The notes: a model not told the origin generated them from the letters alone. DNA of 64,000 nucleotides from Gammaproteobacteria bacterium (GCA_965213995.1 OZ243929.1:184860-248859); one strand, 5' to 3'; counted from the stretch's first letter, positions 39,545-49,651 are shown. Made by a program: numbers and translations.

Positions 39545-40290
39545 GCGTCCGCCGCCACCGCGTCTTGCACCCAGCGGGCGCCGCGCTCGCGCAACAGCAC
39601 CTCAGCCCGTGCCCGGGTCAGCGTGACCGCCATGGAAAACAGCACCGCCCCGGCCACCATCACCAGCAAAGGCCAAAGCATATCCCAAGTGATTGCGGGC
39701 GCGGCCAAGCGGGAAATGGTTGGCCCCTGGTGCAGGCTGCTCCACCATTCCACCGAGAACTTGATGATCGGCAGGTTCACCACGCCCACCACCGCGAGAA
39801 TGCCGGCCGCGCGGTCCGCCGTCGAACGCTCTTCCAGCGAGGCATGCAGCAGCATGTAGCCCAAATAGAGAAAGAACATCACCAGCACCGAAGTCAGCCG
39901 CGCATCGCCCCAGCTCCAGTAAGCGCCCCACATGGGTTTGCCCCAGAGCATGCCGGTGGCCAGCGCCAGCCCGGTGAACGCCAGCCCCGCCGGCGCCGCG
40001 GCAGCGGCGATGGCATAGGCCAGCTTGATCCGCCATATCAGCCCGATCGCCGAGCCGATAGCCATCAGCGCGTAGAGCTGCATCGCCAGATAGGCGGCGG
40101 GAACATGGAAGTAAATGATGCGGTAGGCATCGCCCTGCTGATAGTCCGGCGGCGCCAGCAGCAAGCCGCCGAAAGCGCCGACTGCGATGGCGGCAAGGCC
40201 CGACCAGAGCATCCAAGGCTCGATACGCGCCGCAATCCGGTAGAAATGCGGAGGAGACGCAAGCTTGTGCAGCCAGTTGGGAAGTCGCAT
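39541..40290 (-). CDS. ccmC: Heme exporter protein C
   Basis: YFHVP, WGKPMWG.YW.W.DARLT, WW..LHQ. Confidence 0.96.
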   Translation of the reverse strand: MRLPNWLHKLASPPHFYRIAARIEPWMLWSGLAAIAVGAFGGLLLAPPDYQQGDAYRIIYFHVPAAYLAMQLYALMAIGSAIGLIWRIKLAYAIAAAAAPAGLAFTGLALATGMLWGKPMWGAYWSWGDARLTSVLVMFFLYLGYMLLHASLEERSTADRAAGILAVVGVVNLPIIKFSVEWWSSLHQGPTISRLAAPAITWDMLWPLLVMVAGAVLFSMAVTLTRARAEVLLRERGARWVQDAVAADA

Positions 40291-40369
40291 CTTGGGCATT
40301 CTGACAGGTTGTGGCTAAGGCGTAGCCGCGCATCTTATTTTAGCTTGGGGAAGGCGCGTGGGGGCATGT

Positions 40370-41035
40370 TCAGTTCGCCGTGGCGCGCAGCGCAGCGCCT
40401 GCGGCCCAAGGCAACAGTCCCAGCGCCAGCAGCAAAAACGCTCCCAAAATCATCAGCGGAGCGCCGGCGGGAAGGCCGTCCGCAGCCAGTTCCGTTGCCC
40501 GCACGCCGAACAGCAATATCGGCAAAGCCAGCGGCAGCACCAGCAGCGCCAGCAATCCCACGCCGCGGCGCAGGCCAGCAGTCAGGGCGGCGGCCACGGT
40601 GGCCAGCAGGATCAGCGCTGGCGTTCCGAGCGCCAGAGTGGCGGGAAGGACCAGCAAGGCAATTCCCTCCAAGCCGTAGCTGGCTCCTAGCAACGGCGAC
40701 AGAAGCACCAGCGGCAGCCCGAAAACGCACCAGTTGGCGCCCGCCTTGGCCAGCGTCAGCCAAGCCGGATCCATTGCGCTTAAAAGCATAAGATCAAGCG
40801 TCCCGTCCTCGCGGTCCGGCTGAAACAGCAAAGGCATGGCAAGCAGCATCGATAGCAAGGCGACCACCCAGATCACCCCGGATCCCCACTCCGCCAGCCA
40901 TCCCCGCTCCCATCCTGCGACAACAGAAAAAAGAGAAGTTGAGAAAACAAAAAAAGATATATTTACAATTATATGTATCCACTTCTTAAAGTAGATTATA
41001 AATTCATTCCGCAGCACTGCCAGCCCTATGCCCAT
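40370..41035 (-). CDS. ccmB: Heme exporter protein B
   Basis: F..DREDGTLD; LVLPLALPILLFG; between ccmA and ccmC. Confidence 0.9.
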   Translation of the reverse strand: MGIGLAVLRNEFIIYFKKWIHIIVNISFFVFSTSLFSVVAGWERGWLAEWGSGVIWVVALLSMLLAMPLLFQPDREDGTLDLMLLSAMDPAWLTLAKAGANWCVFGLPLVLLSPLLGASYGLEGIALLVLPATLALGTPALILLATVAAALTAGLRRGVGLLALLVLPLALPILLFGVRATELAADGLPAGAPLMILGAFLLLALGLLPWAAGAALRATAN

Positions 41036-41655
41036 GGGGCGGCTCCAAGAATCAGTCGCGGCGCCGGGCCGCGAGTCCGCCATTCCATCCGATGTCCCGC
41101 CAGCACGGCGCAGCCGCCCGCATCCAGATGCGAGCCGAGTTCCCGTCGCAGCCATTCCCTCCCCGGCGCATCCAGGTTGGCATCAGGCTCGTCCAGCAGC
41201 CAGAGCGGAGGGGCGGCCCCGATCAAGCCGGCCAGCGCCAGCCGCCGACGTTGCCCGTACGACAGTTGCGATGCGGCCCGGTCCTCAAGCCCCTTCAATC
41301 CAGCTCTTTCAAGCAGTTCGTCTTCCCTGCCCGCTTGGCCCGCAAGCCCCGCGAGCCGCAGCCTGAAGGCAAGATTGCGGCGAACGCTCAGTTCGGCCTT
41401 GAGCCCGTCCTTGTGCCCCAGCCATCCCAAGCACCGGAGATAGCGCGCCGGATCGCGTCCATAGGCAACGCCATTCAGTTCGACGGTTCCCGATTCAAGC
41501 GGCAGCAGGCCGGCCAAGCACCGCAAAAGCGACGTTTTGCCGGAGCCGTTTCGCCCCTGCAGCAACAGCAGCGAGCCGGACGCCAGATTGAAGGATAAAT
41601 CGTGGCAAAGGCGCCGCTCGCCTCTCCAGAGAGTCAACCCTCGCGCTTCAAGCAT
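41026..41655 (-). CDS. ccmA: Heme ABC exporter ATPase CcmA
   Basis: GRNGSGKT, LSYGQRRR, WLLDEP. Confidence 0.95.
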   Translation of the reverse strand: MLEARGLTLWRGERRLCHDLSFNLASGSLLLLQGRNGSGKTSLLRCLAGLLPLESGTVELNGVAYGRDPARYLRCLGWLGHKDGLKAELSVRRNLAFRLRLAGLAGQAGREDELLERAGLKGLEDRAASQLSYGQRRRLALAGLIGAAPPLWLLDEPDANLDAPGREWLRRELGSHLDAGGCAVLAGHRMEWRTRGPAPRLILGAAPWA

Positions 41656-41769
41656 CGCGGAAACCAGCGTTATTCATTGCAGGAACGGCATTCTCGCATA
41701 CCGAACGGGCCGAGCGGTCGCGCTTGATCCGGCTGGACCCCTTCAGGTTGCGGAAGCGCGCCGATAGAG

Positions 41770-41850
41770 GCGCGCGGCTCCGGCGGGGCAAGCGGCTTTA
41801 CGTCTTCTGTCAGGCCTGCCATGCCGCGGAAGCCGTTTCCGGCAGCGCAA
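41770..41850 (+). pseudogene. Remnant of a class I c-type cytochrome gene
   Basis: RRGKRLYVFCQACH (CxxCH at 41808-41822); no signal peptide and no downstream cytochrome body. Confidence 0.5.
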
Positions 41851-41922
41851 ACAGCGCCAAGGCCCTTGTGTTAGATTGGCCGCCGACAATGCCACATCCA
41901 CGATCCGCACGGGGACCAGCCA

Positions 41923-43047
41923 ATGACGGAAAAGACACTGAAGGAAATTTACCGCCCTTGCCACGACGAGACATCGAGGCAGGCATTCGTGGGCGCGCTG
42001 AAAGGCTACTTGAACGGGCCGCTGGAGGCGCGGCTTGCGGAGCGCTACGAGGAGGCCGTCAAGCCCGGCTATGTGAAGGCGCATGGGCGCGCGCCCAAGG
42101 ATCGCTTGGAAGGAACCGAGGCCTTTCGCGGCGACCGCCTCTTCCAGTTGTGGGGAAGCTCCTTATTCACCTCCCAGGACCTGATGTGGGAAACGGTAGG
42201 CGAAACCTGCGACCGGCTGTTGCCGGAATTTGAAGCGCGCCGCGAGGCCCTGGCAAGGAGGAAGCCGCTAGGGCGCTTGGAACTGAAAGAGGACTTCGTT
42301 CCGCCCGATCCCATCCGGCAGGTTGAAATTCATCGCCAGCCGGGCGGCTATTTCGGGCGGTCGGGCGATACAAGCCTCAGGCTGGGCATGGACTACATGG
42401 GCACCGGCGAGCTGTACCGTGCCGCCAAAGGCCTGTCGGAAGGCGGCGAGGTGGGCGATCCAAGCATGGGAAACTACCTGCTCGGCGCGCTGCGGCGACG
42501 GTTCGCGGAACCTGATCCCGCCACCGTGCTCGATATGGGCTGCGGCGTGGGCGTGCATACCATTGCCTACAAGCAGGCGTTTCCGAAGGCCGAGGTGTGG
42601 GGCGTGGATCTGTCCGCGCCCTTCTTGCGATTCGCCCACGCATGGGCGGAGGACCAAGAACTGGCCATCAACTACCGGCAAGCCAACGCGAACGATACGG
42701 GCTTCGACGACGGCCAGTTCGACCTGATCGTGTCGCACATCATGTTCCATGAAACTTGGCATGACATCCTGCCCGGCATCATGGCCGAAGCCCACCGCCT
42801 GTTGTCGCCCGGAGGGATTTTCCTGAACGGAGACACGCCCTACCAGCCCGGCCGCCTGTCCATCACCAAGCAGGTCACCAATCACTGGCAGGTCGTCAAC
42901 AACGGCGAGCCCTTCTGGACCGGCTATGCCGATACCGACCTGCGACAGGCGCTGATCGACGGCGGTTTCGATGCCAGGCATGTATTCGCCGAGTACGACC
43001 CCCTAGGTTCGGGCGAGTACTGCATATTCGGCGGCGTGAAAGCCTGA
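41923..43047 (+). CDS. Class I SAM-dependent methyltransferase with long N-terminal domain
   Basis: VLDMGCGVG, GVDLS, FDLIVS; EIHRQPGGY motif. Confidence 0.85.
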   Translation: MTEKTLKEIYRPCHDETSRQAFVGALKGYLNGPLEARLAERYEEAVKPGYVKAHGRAPKDRLEGTEAFRGDRLFQLWGSSLFTSQDLMWETVGETCDRLLPEFEARREALARRKPLGRLELKEDFVPPDPIRQVEIHRQPGGYFGRSGDTSLRLGMDYMGTGELYRAAKGLSEGGEVGDPSMGNYLLGALRRRFAEPDPATVLDMGCGVGVHTIAYKQAFPKAEVWGVDLSAPFLRFAHAWAEDQELAINYRQANANDTGFDDGQFDLIVSHIMFHETWHDILPGIMAEAHRLLSPGGIFLNGDTPYQPGRLSITKQVTNHWQVVNNGEPFWTGYADTDLRQALIDGGFDARHVFAEYDPLGSGEYCIFGGVKA

Positions 43048-43328
43048 TGAGCGCAGCCAGCGCCGATCCGGACCGGCCCTACAAGCTGCCGCGCCCGCGC
43101 CAGATCGAGAATCTGAGCCCCGATCAGCTGGTTGCGGTGATCTGGCGCCTGACCATGGAAATCTGCGTGCTGCGCGACCGCATCGGCACCCATGAGGAAC
43201 TGCTGCGCGGAAACGGCGCCCTTTCGCGCCAAGCGATTGAATGCCACAAGCCCTCGAAAGAGGAAACCGCCGCCCGCCTGAAGGCGCGCGCCGAACTCAT
43301 CGAGAGCATTATCAACGACCTGAGCTGA
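43047..43328 (+). CDS. Small helical hypothetical protein coupled to the methyltransferase
   Basis: TGATG overlap; amphipathic L..EICVLRDR...EELL. Confidence 0.7.
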   Translation: MSAASADPDRPYKLPRPRQIENLSPDQLVAVIWRLTMEICVLRDRIGTHEELLRGNGALSRQAIECHKPSKEETAARLKARAELIESIINDLS

Positions 43329-43356
43329 CGCCGTTTTAGCTCGCATATCGCACTAA

Positions 43357-43409
43357 CCAGCATATTGCGCCAAGCCGCTTGTCGCCTTCCTTATTTTGCT
43401 GCATGCGGG
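43357..43409. mobile_element. 53-bp minimal MITE with 4-bp direct flanks
   Basis: CTAA|CCAGCATATTGCGCCA...GCATGCGGG|CTAA; flanks at 43353-43356 and 43410-43413, the latter containing the soxG stop. Confidence 0.6.
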
Positions 43410-43973
43410 CTAAGCCGGTTGCCGCTTTGCGGCAACGCGCGAAGGCGCGCCCGCGCTAACGGCGTTCTCCAGCCACTGGCGGAGGTAGCGGGCGAAGCTG
43501 CGGCGAACCACGACGGCGTAGGTTGACGGGTCGATGGCGGCCAGCAAAACCGCCGCCCTGCCCAGCCCTGTCTGCGCGCATTGCCCGGGGGCGAACTCCC
43601 GCGGATGCAGGTCCAACGGGCAGCCTTTCGCCAGCACCGCGCCCGCGTCCGCGCCGCTCGCAAGCAGCTCCACGTAGCCGCCGCTCACGTCGTTGACCGC
43701 GGCGTGGAACCCTTCGAGGGCTTCGGCGAGTTCGCTAGCGAGTTCGGACGCGCCTTGCGCGCCGGTTGCGACCAGCCATTCGTCCGGCCCCAGCCAATAG
43801 ACATTGTGCCCGCCGCCCGTGAACGTGTTCGCGGACAGCGGCGGCGGCTGCCCTAGAACCCGCTCGACCGCCTCAAGGGCCTGCTTGCCGCGCGGATTCA
43901 GCCTGAGGTTGATGAATGCGCGAGCGGAGCGGGCGCGGATGGCAACATCCGCCGGCATGCCGGATTCAGACAT
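43410..43973 (-). CDS. soxG: Sarcosine oxidase gamma subunit
   Basis: WLGPDEWL, KGCPLDLHP, VRRSFA.Y; last gene of soxBDAG. Confidence 0.93.
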   Translation of the reverse strand: MSESGMPADVAIRARSARAFINLRLNPRGKQALEAVERVLGQPPPLSANTFTGGGHNVYWLGPDEWLVATGAQGASELASELAEALEGFHAAVNDVSGGYVELLASGADAGAVLAKGCPLDLHPREFAPGQCAQTGLGRAAVLLAAIDPSTYAVVVRRSFARYLRQWLENAVSAGAPSRVAAKRQPA

Positions 43974-46900
43974 GTTGGCGCTTGCCTTTGGGGTCGTAGA
44001 ACACGGGCGAGACGATTCGCGCCGGCAAGGGCTTCCGGCCGGGCAGCGCGGCGTGGATGGTCTCGCCTTTGCGCTGCCGCCCCCCGGCCACAAGGGCCAG
44101 CGCGATCGGATGGCCCAAGCAGGCGCTGAAGTAGCTGGACGTGACATGGCCGCATATCGGCGCAGCCGCGCTGGCATCGCCCACGAGCTGCGTCCCTTCG
44201 GGCAGCACCGTTCGACCGTCGCCTGCGAGCAAGCCAACCAACTGCTTGCGGTCGTCGCGCAGGCAGTCGGGGCGCTCAAGCGAGCGCTTGCCGAGAAAAT
44301 CCTTATCCTTGGACAGCAGCCAGTTCATTCCAAGGTCCACGGGCGTCACCGAGCCGTCGGTGTCCTGGCCCGCAATGATGAATCCTTTCTCGGCGCGCAG
44401 CACATGCATGGTTTCCGTTCCGTAGGGCGTGATGCCGAATTCCCCGCCGGCTTGCATAAGCGCTCGCCACATGTCCAGCGCATGCCTGCTGTCGATATTG
44501 ATCTCGAAGGCCAGTTCGCCGGAAAAGCTCACCCGGAGCAATGTTACGCGCATGCCCGCCAGCACCGCCGGCTTGATGGCCATGAAGGCGAAGCGCTCGC
44601 GGTCCAGCGGCGTGCCGCAGCCCAGCTTTTCCAGCAGCTTGCGGCTATTGGGGCCGGCCACCGCGATGGTGGAGTAGTGGTCGGTGAGCGAGGTCAGGTA
44701 AACCTCCAGCTCCGGCCACTCGGTTTGCAGCCACCTCTCCATCCAGTCAAGCACCGCCGCCGCGCCGCCGGTCGTGGTGGTGAGGTAAAAACGGCGCTCG
44801 CCTGCGCGCGCCATCACGCCGTCGTCCATGACCATGCCGTCCTCGCCCAGCATCACGCCGTAGGCGCAGCGCCCAACCTTCATTCCGGCCACGTTGTGGG
44901 TATAGATCCGCTCCAGGAATTCGACCGCATCCGGCCCTTGGGCATCGATCTTTCCCAGCGTGGAAGCGTCCATGATGCCGAGCGAGTTGCGCACAGCGAG
45001 GCATTCGCGGGCCACCGCGGCGTGCAGGTCCTCGCCGTCTTGCGGGAAATACCATGGCCGATGCCATTGGCCGACTGTTTCCATGGGCGCGCCCGCCGCC
45101 TCGTGCCACTCGTGGATGGCGCTGGTGCGGACCGGATCGTAGAGCGGGCCGGTGCTCTCGCCGGCGCACACGCCAAAGCTGACCGGCGTGTAGGCCGGCC
45201 GGAACGTGGTGGTTCCAACATCGGCGATCGGCTTGCCGAGGGTGTCGGCAAGAATCGCCATGCCGTTGATATTGCCGAGCTTGCCTTGGTCGGTGCCGAA
45301 GCCAAGCGCCGTGTACCGCTTGACATGCTCGGCGTTGCGGTAGCCCTCCCGGACGGCGAGGCGGATATCGGCAACGGTGGTGTCGTTCTGAAAATCAATG
45401 AACTGATGCGGGCAGCGGTCCGCGTCCTTGGCTGCGGGCACTCGCCACAAAGGTTCGATCGCGTTTTCCTCGACTTCGGCGGAAGCATCCGGCGCCGTGA
45501 GGTCCGCTGCCTTCAGCCCCGCCTTCGTCAGCGCCTCGACGCCCGCGCGCAAGCCATCGGCCAGGCATTCGCCCAGCCGCCATTTGCCGTTGCCCGCGCC
45601 GGCCGAAACGTTGGCCTGGCGCGCTTGGGCGGGAAGAAAACAGAGCCTGGATGCGTCCCAGGCGAGTTGCCCGCCGGCCTGCGAGTGCAGATGCACTGCG
45701 GGGCTCCAGCCGCCGGACATGGCCACGAGGTCGCAATCGATATGGATAGCGCTTGTTACGGTTCCCCAGCTGCGGCCCTCCCAACGCGCGATGCTCGCGC
45801 CCGCCACTCGCCGCCGGCCTGCCGTATCGCTCACCACATGCCCTGCCAGCACGGGAATCCCCAGAACTCGCGCGCGCTCGGCCAGTTCCCCGCCGTCCCC
45901 GGCGCGGCTGTCAACGATGGCCGCGACCTCGGCGCCGGCGCCGGCAAGGCTGAGCGCCGCTTGATAGGCGGAATCATTGTTCGTGAACACCACCGCGCGC
46001 CGCCCCGGCAGGACCCCGTAGCGCTCAATGTAGGTTGAGATAGCCGAAGCCAGCATGATCCCGGGGCGGTCGTTGTTGCAGAACACCAGCGGCCGCTCCA
46101 GGCTGCCTTGCGCCAGCACCGCCTGTTTCGCCCGCACCCGCCATAGCCGTTCCCGCACGCCCTGGCCTTGCAAGCCGTCCGCAGGCCGGCCGCAGCGCTC
46201 GGCAATGGTGAGGAAGTTGTGGTCGTGGTAGCCGAACACCGTGCTCGAGGGCAGCAGAACACAGTCCTCCGCCGCTTGAAGTTCCGCAACCGCAGCGGCA
46301 ACCCACTCGGCGGCGGGAGCCCCGTCGATGCGCGCGTTGGAAGCAAGCAGGCTGCCGCCGAATTCGTCCTGCTCGTCGGCGAGAACCACCCGGGCGCCCG
46401 ATTTCGCCGCCGCCAGAGCCGCCATGAGTCCTGCCGGCCCGCCGCCCGCCACCAGCACGTCGCAGTGCGCGTTCATATGTTCGTAGCGGTCGGGATCAGA
46501 TCCTTCCGGCACCTTGCCGAAGCCTGCCAACTTGCGGATCGCATGCTCGTAATGCTTCCACCATGAGCGCGGCCACATGAACGTTTTGTAGTAGAAGCCC
46601 GCGCCCAGCATCCGGCCAAGCGCGCCGTTGGCCGCGCCCGCATCAAAGCGGACATCCGGCCAGCCCCGGGTGGAGCGCGCGACCAGGCCATCGCGCAGCC
46701 GCACCTGCGTGGCCGGCAGGCTAGGCTGCGCCGCGGCGCCTTCGCCGATCCGCATGATCGCGTTCGGCTCCTCCGCGCCGCTGCCCGCAATCCCGCGAGG
46801 ACGCCGCAACTTGAAGCTGCGCCCCAGCACCGGGATTCCGCCGGCCAGCAGAGCCGATGCCAGCGTATCGCCCGCAAACCCTTCAAGAGCCTTGCCGTCG

Positions 46901-46974
46901 AACGAGAACGCCAGCGGCCGGGAACGGTCTATGCGCCCCCCGCGAGGCAAACGGTTGGGCTGGGCGGCAGCCAT
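43966..46974 (-). CDS. soxA: Sarcosine oxidase alpha subunit
   Basis: GDTLASAL, RSFK..RPRG, KRYT..G.GTDQGK, GcvT-like C terminus. Confidence 0.96.
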   Translation of the reverse strand: MAAAQPNRLPRGGRIDRSRPLAFSFDGKALEGFAGDTLASALLAGGIPVLGRSFKLRRPRGIAGSGAEEPNAIMRIGEGAAAQPSLPATQVRLRDGLVARSTRGWPDVRFDAGAANGALGRMLGAGFYYKTFMWPRSWWKHYEHAIRKLAGFGKVPEGSDPDRYEHMNAHCDVLVAGGGPAGLMAALAAAKSGARVVLADEQDEFGGSLLASNARIDGAPAAEWVAAAVAELQAAEDCVLLPSSTVFGYHDHNFLTIAERCGRPADGLQGQGVRERLWRVRAKQAVLAQGSLERPLVFCNNDRPGIMLASAISTYIERYGVLPGRRAVVFTNNDSAYQAALSLAGAGAEVAAIVDSRAGDGGELAERARVLGIPVLAGHVVSDTAGRRRVAGASIARWEGRSWGTVTSAIHIDCDLVAMSGGWSPAVHLHSQAGGQLAWDASRLCFLPAQARQANVSAGAGNGKWRLGECLADGLRAGVEALTKAGLKAADLTAPDASAEVEENAIEPLWRVPAAKDADRCPHQFIDFQNDTTVADIRLAVREGYRNAEHVKRYTALGFGTDQGKLGNINGMAILADTLGKPIADVGTTTFRPAYTPVSFGVCAGESTGPLYDPVRTSAIHEWHEAAGAPMETVGQWHRPWYFPQDGEDLHAAVARECLAVRNSLGIMDASTLGKIDAQGPDAVEFLERIYTHNVAGMKVGRCAYGVMLGEDGMVMDDGVMARAGERRFYLTTTTGGAAAVLDWMERWLQTEWPELEVYLTSLTDHYSTIAVAGPNSRKLLEKLGCGTPLDRERFAFMAIKPAVLAGMRVTLLRVSFSGELAFEINIDSRHALDMWRALMQAGGEFGITPYGTETMHVLRAEKGFIIAGQDTDGSVTPVDLGMNWLLSKDKDFLGKRSLERPDCLRDDRKQLVGLLAGDGRTVLPEGTQLVGDASAAAPICGHVTSSYFSACLGHPIALALVAGGRQRKGETIHAALPGRKPLPARIVSPVFYDPKGKRQHV

Positions 46975-46976
46975 CG

Positions 46977-47300
46977 TCAGCGCCGTTTCCCGGAGCCCGT
47001 TTCAAGAACTTCCGCGGAGCCGTCGTGTTGGCCGTCCGGGGCGGCGCTCAGGCAATAAGTCCTCTCGATGCGGTAGATGACCGTATCGCGTTCCGCCACA
47101 AACCATCGCCGGCAGCCTTGGGCGTGGTTCCAGAGTTCCCGGTGCGCTCCGCTCGGATTGCTGCGGTAGAACAGATAATCCGCCCACTCGGCATCGCTTA
47201 AGGCATAGGGGTCGGGCGGGCGCAATATCCCGGCTTCGCCGCCATAGCTGAATTCGGTCTCGGCCCTGGGGCCGCACCAAGGGCATTCGATCAGCAGCAT
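46977..47300 (-). CDS. soxD: Sarcosine oxidase delta subunit
   Basis: MLLIECPWCGPR; W.H..GC..W zinc ligands. Confidence 0.96.
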   Translation of the reverse strand: MLLIECPWCGPRAETEFSYGGEAGILRPPDPYALSDAEWADYLFYRSNPSGAHRELWNHAQGCRRWFVAERDTVIYRIERTYCLSAAPDGQHDGSAEVLETGSGKRR

Positions 47301-47334
47301 GGCCGCAGGCCTGTTGAAACGGCGCGGCGCGGCA

Positions 47335-48585
47335 TCAGTGCGCCACCGCCGCGGCGCCGTGCTCGTCGATCAGCGCGCCCGAACTGAATCGCTCAAGGCT
47401 GAACGGCGCGTTGAGCTCGTGCGGCCGGTCGCGGGCCAGCGTATGCGCGAACACCCAGCCGGCTCCCGGCGTGGCTTTGAAGCCGCCGGTGCCCCAGCCG
47501 CAGTTGAAGTAGAGGCCCTCGACCGGCGTCTTCGATACGATCGGGCAGGCGTCCGGGCAAATATCCACAATGCCGCCCCACAGCCTGAGCATTCGCACGC
47601 GGCTGAACGCCGGGAACAGCTCGATGACCGCCTGCATCGCATGTTCGATCACCGGAAAGCTGCCGCGCTGGCCGTAGCCGTTGTAGGCATCGATGCCGGC
47701 GCCCACCACCAGCTCGCCCTTGTCGGACTGGCTGATGTAGCCATGCACCGCGCCGGACATGACCACCGTGTCCAGCACCGGCCTCACCGGCTCGGATACG
47801 AATGCCTGCAAGGGGTGGCTCTCGACCGGCAGCCGCAGGCCCGCCATTTTCGCCAGCACGCCGGCGTTGCCGGCCACCGCCACGCCGATGCGCTCCGCCG
47901 CGATCGCGCCGCGCGTGGTTGACACGCCCTGCGCCCTGCCCGCCCGCACATTGATGCCGGTGACTTCGCACTGCTCGATGATATCCACCCCTAGGGCATT
48001 CGCCGCCCGCGCGAAACCCCAGGCAACGGCATCGTGCCGCGCCACCCCGCCGCGGCGCTGCAGCGAGGCGCCGAGTATCGGATAACGGGCGCCGGACGAA
48101 GTATTGATGCAAGGAATCGCCTTTTTGATCCCGGCCGGGCCAACCACCTCGGCATCAATGCCGTTGAGCCGATTGGCGTTCACCCGCCGCTCGATATCGC
48201 GCATGTCCTGCAGCGAATGGCCGAGGTTGTAAACCCCGCGCTGGCTGAACATCACGTTGAAGTTCAGGTCCTGGCTCAGCCCCTCCCAGAGCTTGAGCGA
48301 CTTCTCGTAGAGCAGCGCGGCCTCGGTCCATAGGTAGTTGGAGCGCACGATGCAGGTGTTGCGCCCGGTGTTGCCTCCGCCTATCCAGCCCTTCTCAAGC
48401 ACAGCCACGTTCCGAAAGCCGTGGTTCCTGGCCAGGTAATAGGCGGTTGCCAAGCCGTGGCCGCCGCCGCCCACAATGATCGCGTCGTAGCTTTTCCTAG
48501 GCTCGGCGCTGCGCCAGGCGGGCGTCCAGCGCCTGTTGCGGCCAAGCGCGTGGCGCAGCAAGCTCAGCGCTGAATAGCGCTTCAT
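47335..48585 (-). CDS. soxB: Sarcosine oxidase beta subunit
   Basis: [39 protein letters not shown]. Confidence 0.97.
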   Translation of the reverse strand: MKRYSALSLLRHALGRNRRWTPAWRSAEPRKSYDAIIVGGGGHGLATAYYLARNHGFRNVAVLEKGWIGGGNTGRNTCIVRSNYLWTEAALLYEKSLKLWEGLSQDLNFNVMFSQRGVYNLGHSLQDMRDIERRVNANRLNGIDAEVVGPAGIKKAIPCINTSSGARYPILGASLQRRGGVARHDAVAWGFARAANALGVDIIEQCEVTGINVRAGRAQGVSTTRGAIAAERIGVAVAGNAGVLAKMAGLRLPVESHPLQAFVSEPVRPVLDTVVMSGAVHGYISQSDKGELVVGAGIDAYNGYGQRGSFPVIEHAMQAVIELFPAFSRVRMLRLWGGIVDICPDACPIVSKTPVEGLYFNCGWGTGGFKATPGAGWVFAHTLARDRPHELNAPFSLERFSSGALIDEHGAAAVAH

Positions 48586-48910
48586 GCCGACCGCTCCGTT
48601 GCTCTTCAGGCCGTTCCCTGCCCGACCGTTTTTGTGATCTCTTCGTTGATCCAACTTTCCGGCATCACCTTGTCATAGACCTCCGACAAGGCATTGTACG
48701 GGTTCACCGCGTATGGGGCCGCGGTTGCAACATTTGATTCTTTATCCATTGGGCAGCGCCCGCAGGGAAAAACGCAACTTTGCGGTCGTCCAAAACATTA
48801 TGCGCCTGTTTAAGCTGCCCGTTTAACGGGCCGATGGAAAACACCAATTGCACGGATTCTTTATGCCGCAAAGAGATGCGAATCATTCGGCGAGGCGATC
48901 AGCTAAAGTT

Positions 48911-49224
48911 TGGTGCCCGGGGCCGGACTCGAACCGGCAAGGGGTTTCCCCCGGGGGATTTTCTTACCCGCTACGGCTTTCGCCGCGGGACGCGGCAAGC
49001 GCCCCTTTGGGGTCTGGACTTTCCCTCTGCCATATCGCGTTTGCGCGACTTAGGCCGGAGCCGTCAAGTCTCTACACTTTCCCCGTTAAAGCGGGGCTTA
49101 GCTCGGGATTGCCACCACCTTGCGTACTGAGGTTTCCCCGAATTTGACTCCTGGCGCATCCGGCGGTTTCCCGACCGGCGCTCAATCTCAAGTCCCCTGC
49201 GTTTACCTATTTCGCCACCCGGGC
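48911..49224 (-). tRNA. tRNA-Leu(UAA), split: exon1 49224-49190, exon2 48962-48911
   Basis: Joined exons give an 87-nt cloverleaf: acceptor GCCCGGG/CCCGGGC-A-CCA, anticodon arm GGGGA-CTTAAAA-TCCCC, variable arm, GGTTCGAGTCC. Confidence 0.95.
48963..49189 (-). ncRNA. Group I self-splicing intron (IC3-like), 227 nt, no ORF
   Basis: Inserted at U^AA and ends in G; P AAATTCGGGGAA, Q AATCCCGAGC, R GTGTAGAGACTTGA, S GAGGGAAAGTCC. Confidence 0.93.
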
Positions 49225-49285
49225 ACAGGGAGCGAAGTTTAGCAAAGGCGGGAGGGCGGCAATCCCTCGATTAACTACTGATTTA

Positions 49286-49359
49286 TGGAGGCCAGGGCCG
49301 GAATTGAACCGGCGTACACGGATTTGCAGTCCGCTGCATCGCCACTCTGCCACCTGGCC
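49286..49359 (-). tRNA. tRNA-Cys(GCA)
   Basis: GGCCAGG...ACTGCAAAT...GGTTCAATTCC...CCTGGCC-T-CCA. Confidence 0.97.
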
Positions 49360-49403
49360 CGGCTATTCGGCAGAACGCGCCGCGCTGAAACCTGCCGGAA
49401 AAA

Positions 49404-49478
49404 TGGAGCGGGAAACGGGATTTGAACCCGCGACCCCAACCTTGGCAAGGTTGTGCTCTACCACTGAGCTATTCCCGC
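49404..49478 (-). tRNA. tRNA-Gly(GCC)
   Basis: GCGGGAATAGCTCAGTGGTAGAGC...TTGCCAA...TTCCCGC-T-CCA. Confidence 0.98.
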
Positions 49479-49651
49479 CCCGGACAGGCAAGTCTAGCAG
49501 CAACGCCGGTTTCGACTCAACAGCAGGTGTCCGGCGCGATGGCATGCTCATAGCGCTCATTTCTCCCCCCTGCCAGAGCCTGAAGCGCCGGGCCATTTCG
49601 CCTTGCAAGGAAAAGAAGGCGAACGGCCAATGGTCGCGGCGGCCAGCGGCT

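Noticed and set aside
3301-41010. AT islets as diversity-generating retroelement variable regions
   Set aside because: No reverse transcriptase or template repeat in the window, and change is toward A/T rather than away from adenine
43804-46038. 744-aa + strand ORF and other long overlapping ORFs (e.g. 37112-38635, 11963-13213, 19113-20297)
   Set aside because: Stop-poor alternative frames of GC-rich genes with no recognisable motifs
48590-48910. Riboswitch upstream of soxB or island integrated at tRNA-Leu
   Set aside because: No glycine riboswitch consensus recognised, no integrase, no duplicated tRNA 3' end; only a short CCTTGTC-N10-GACAAGG inverted repeat at 48668-48691
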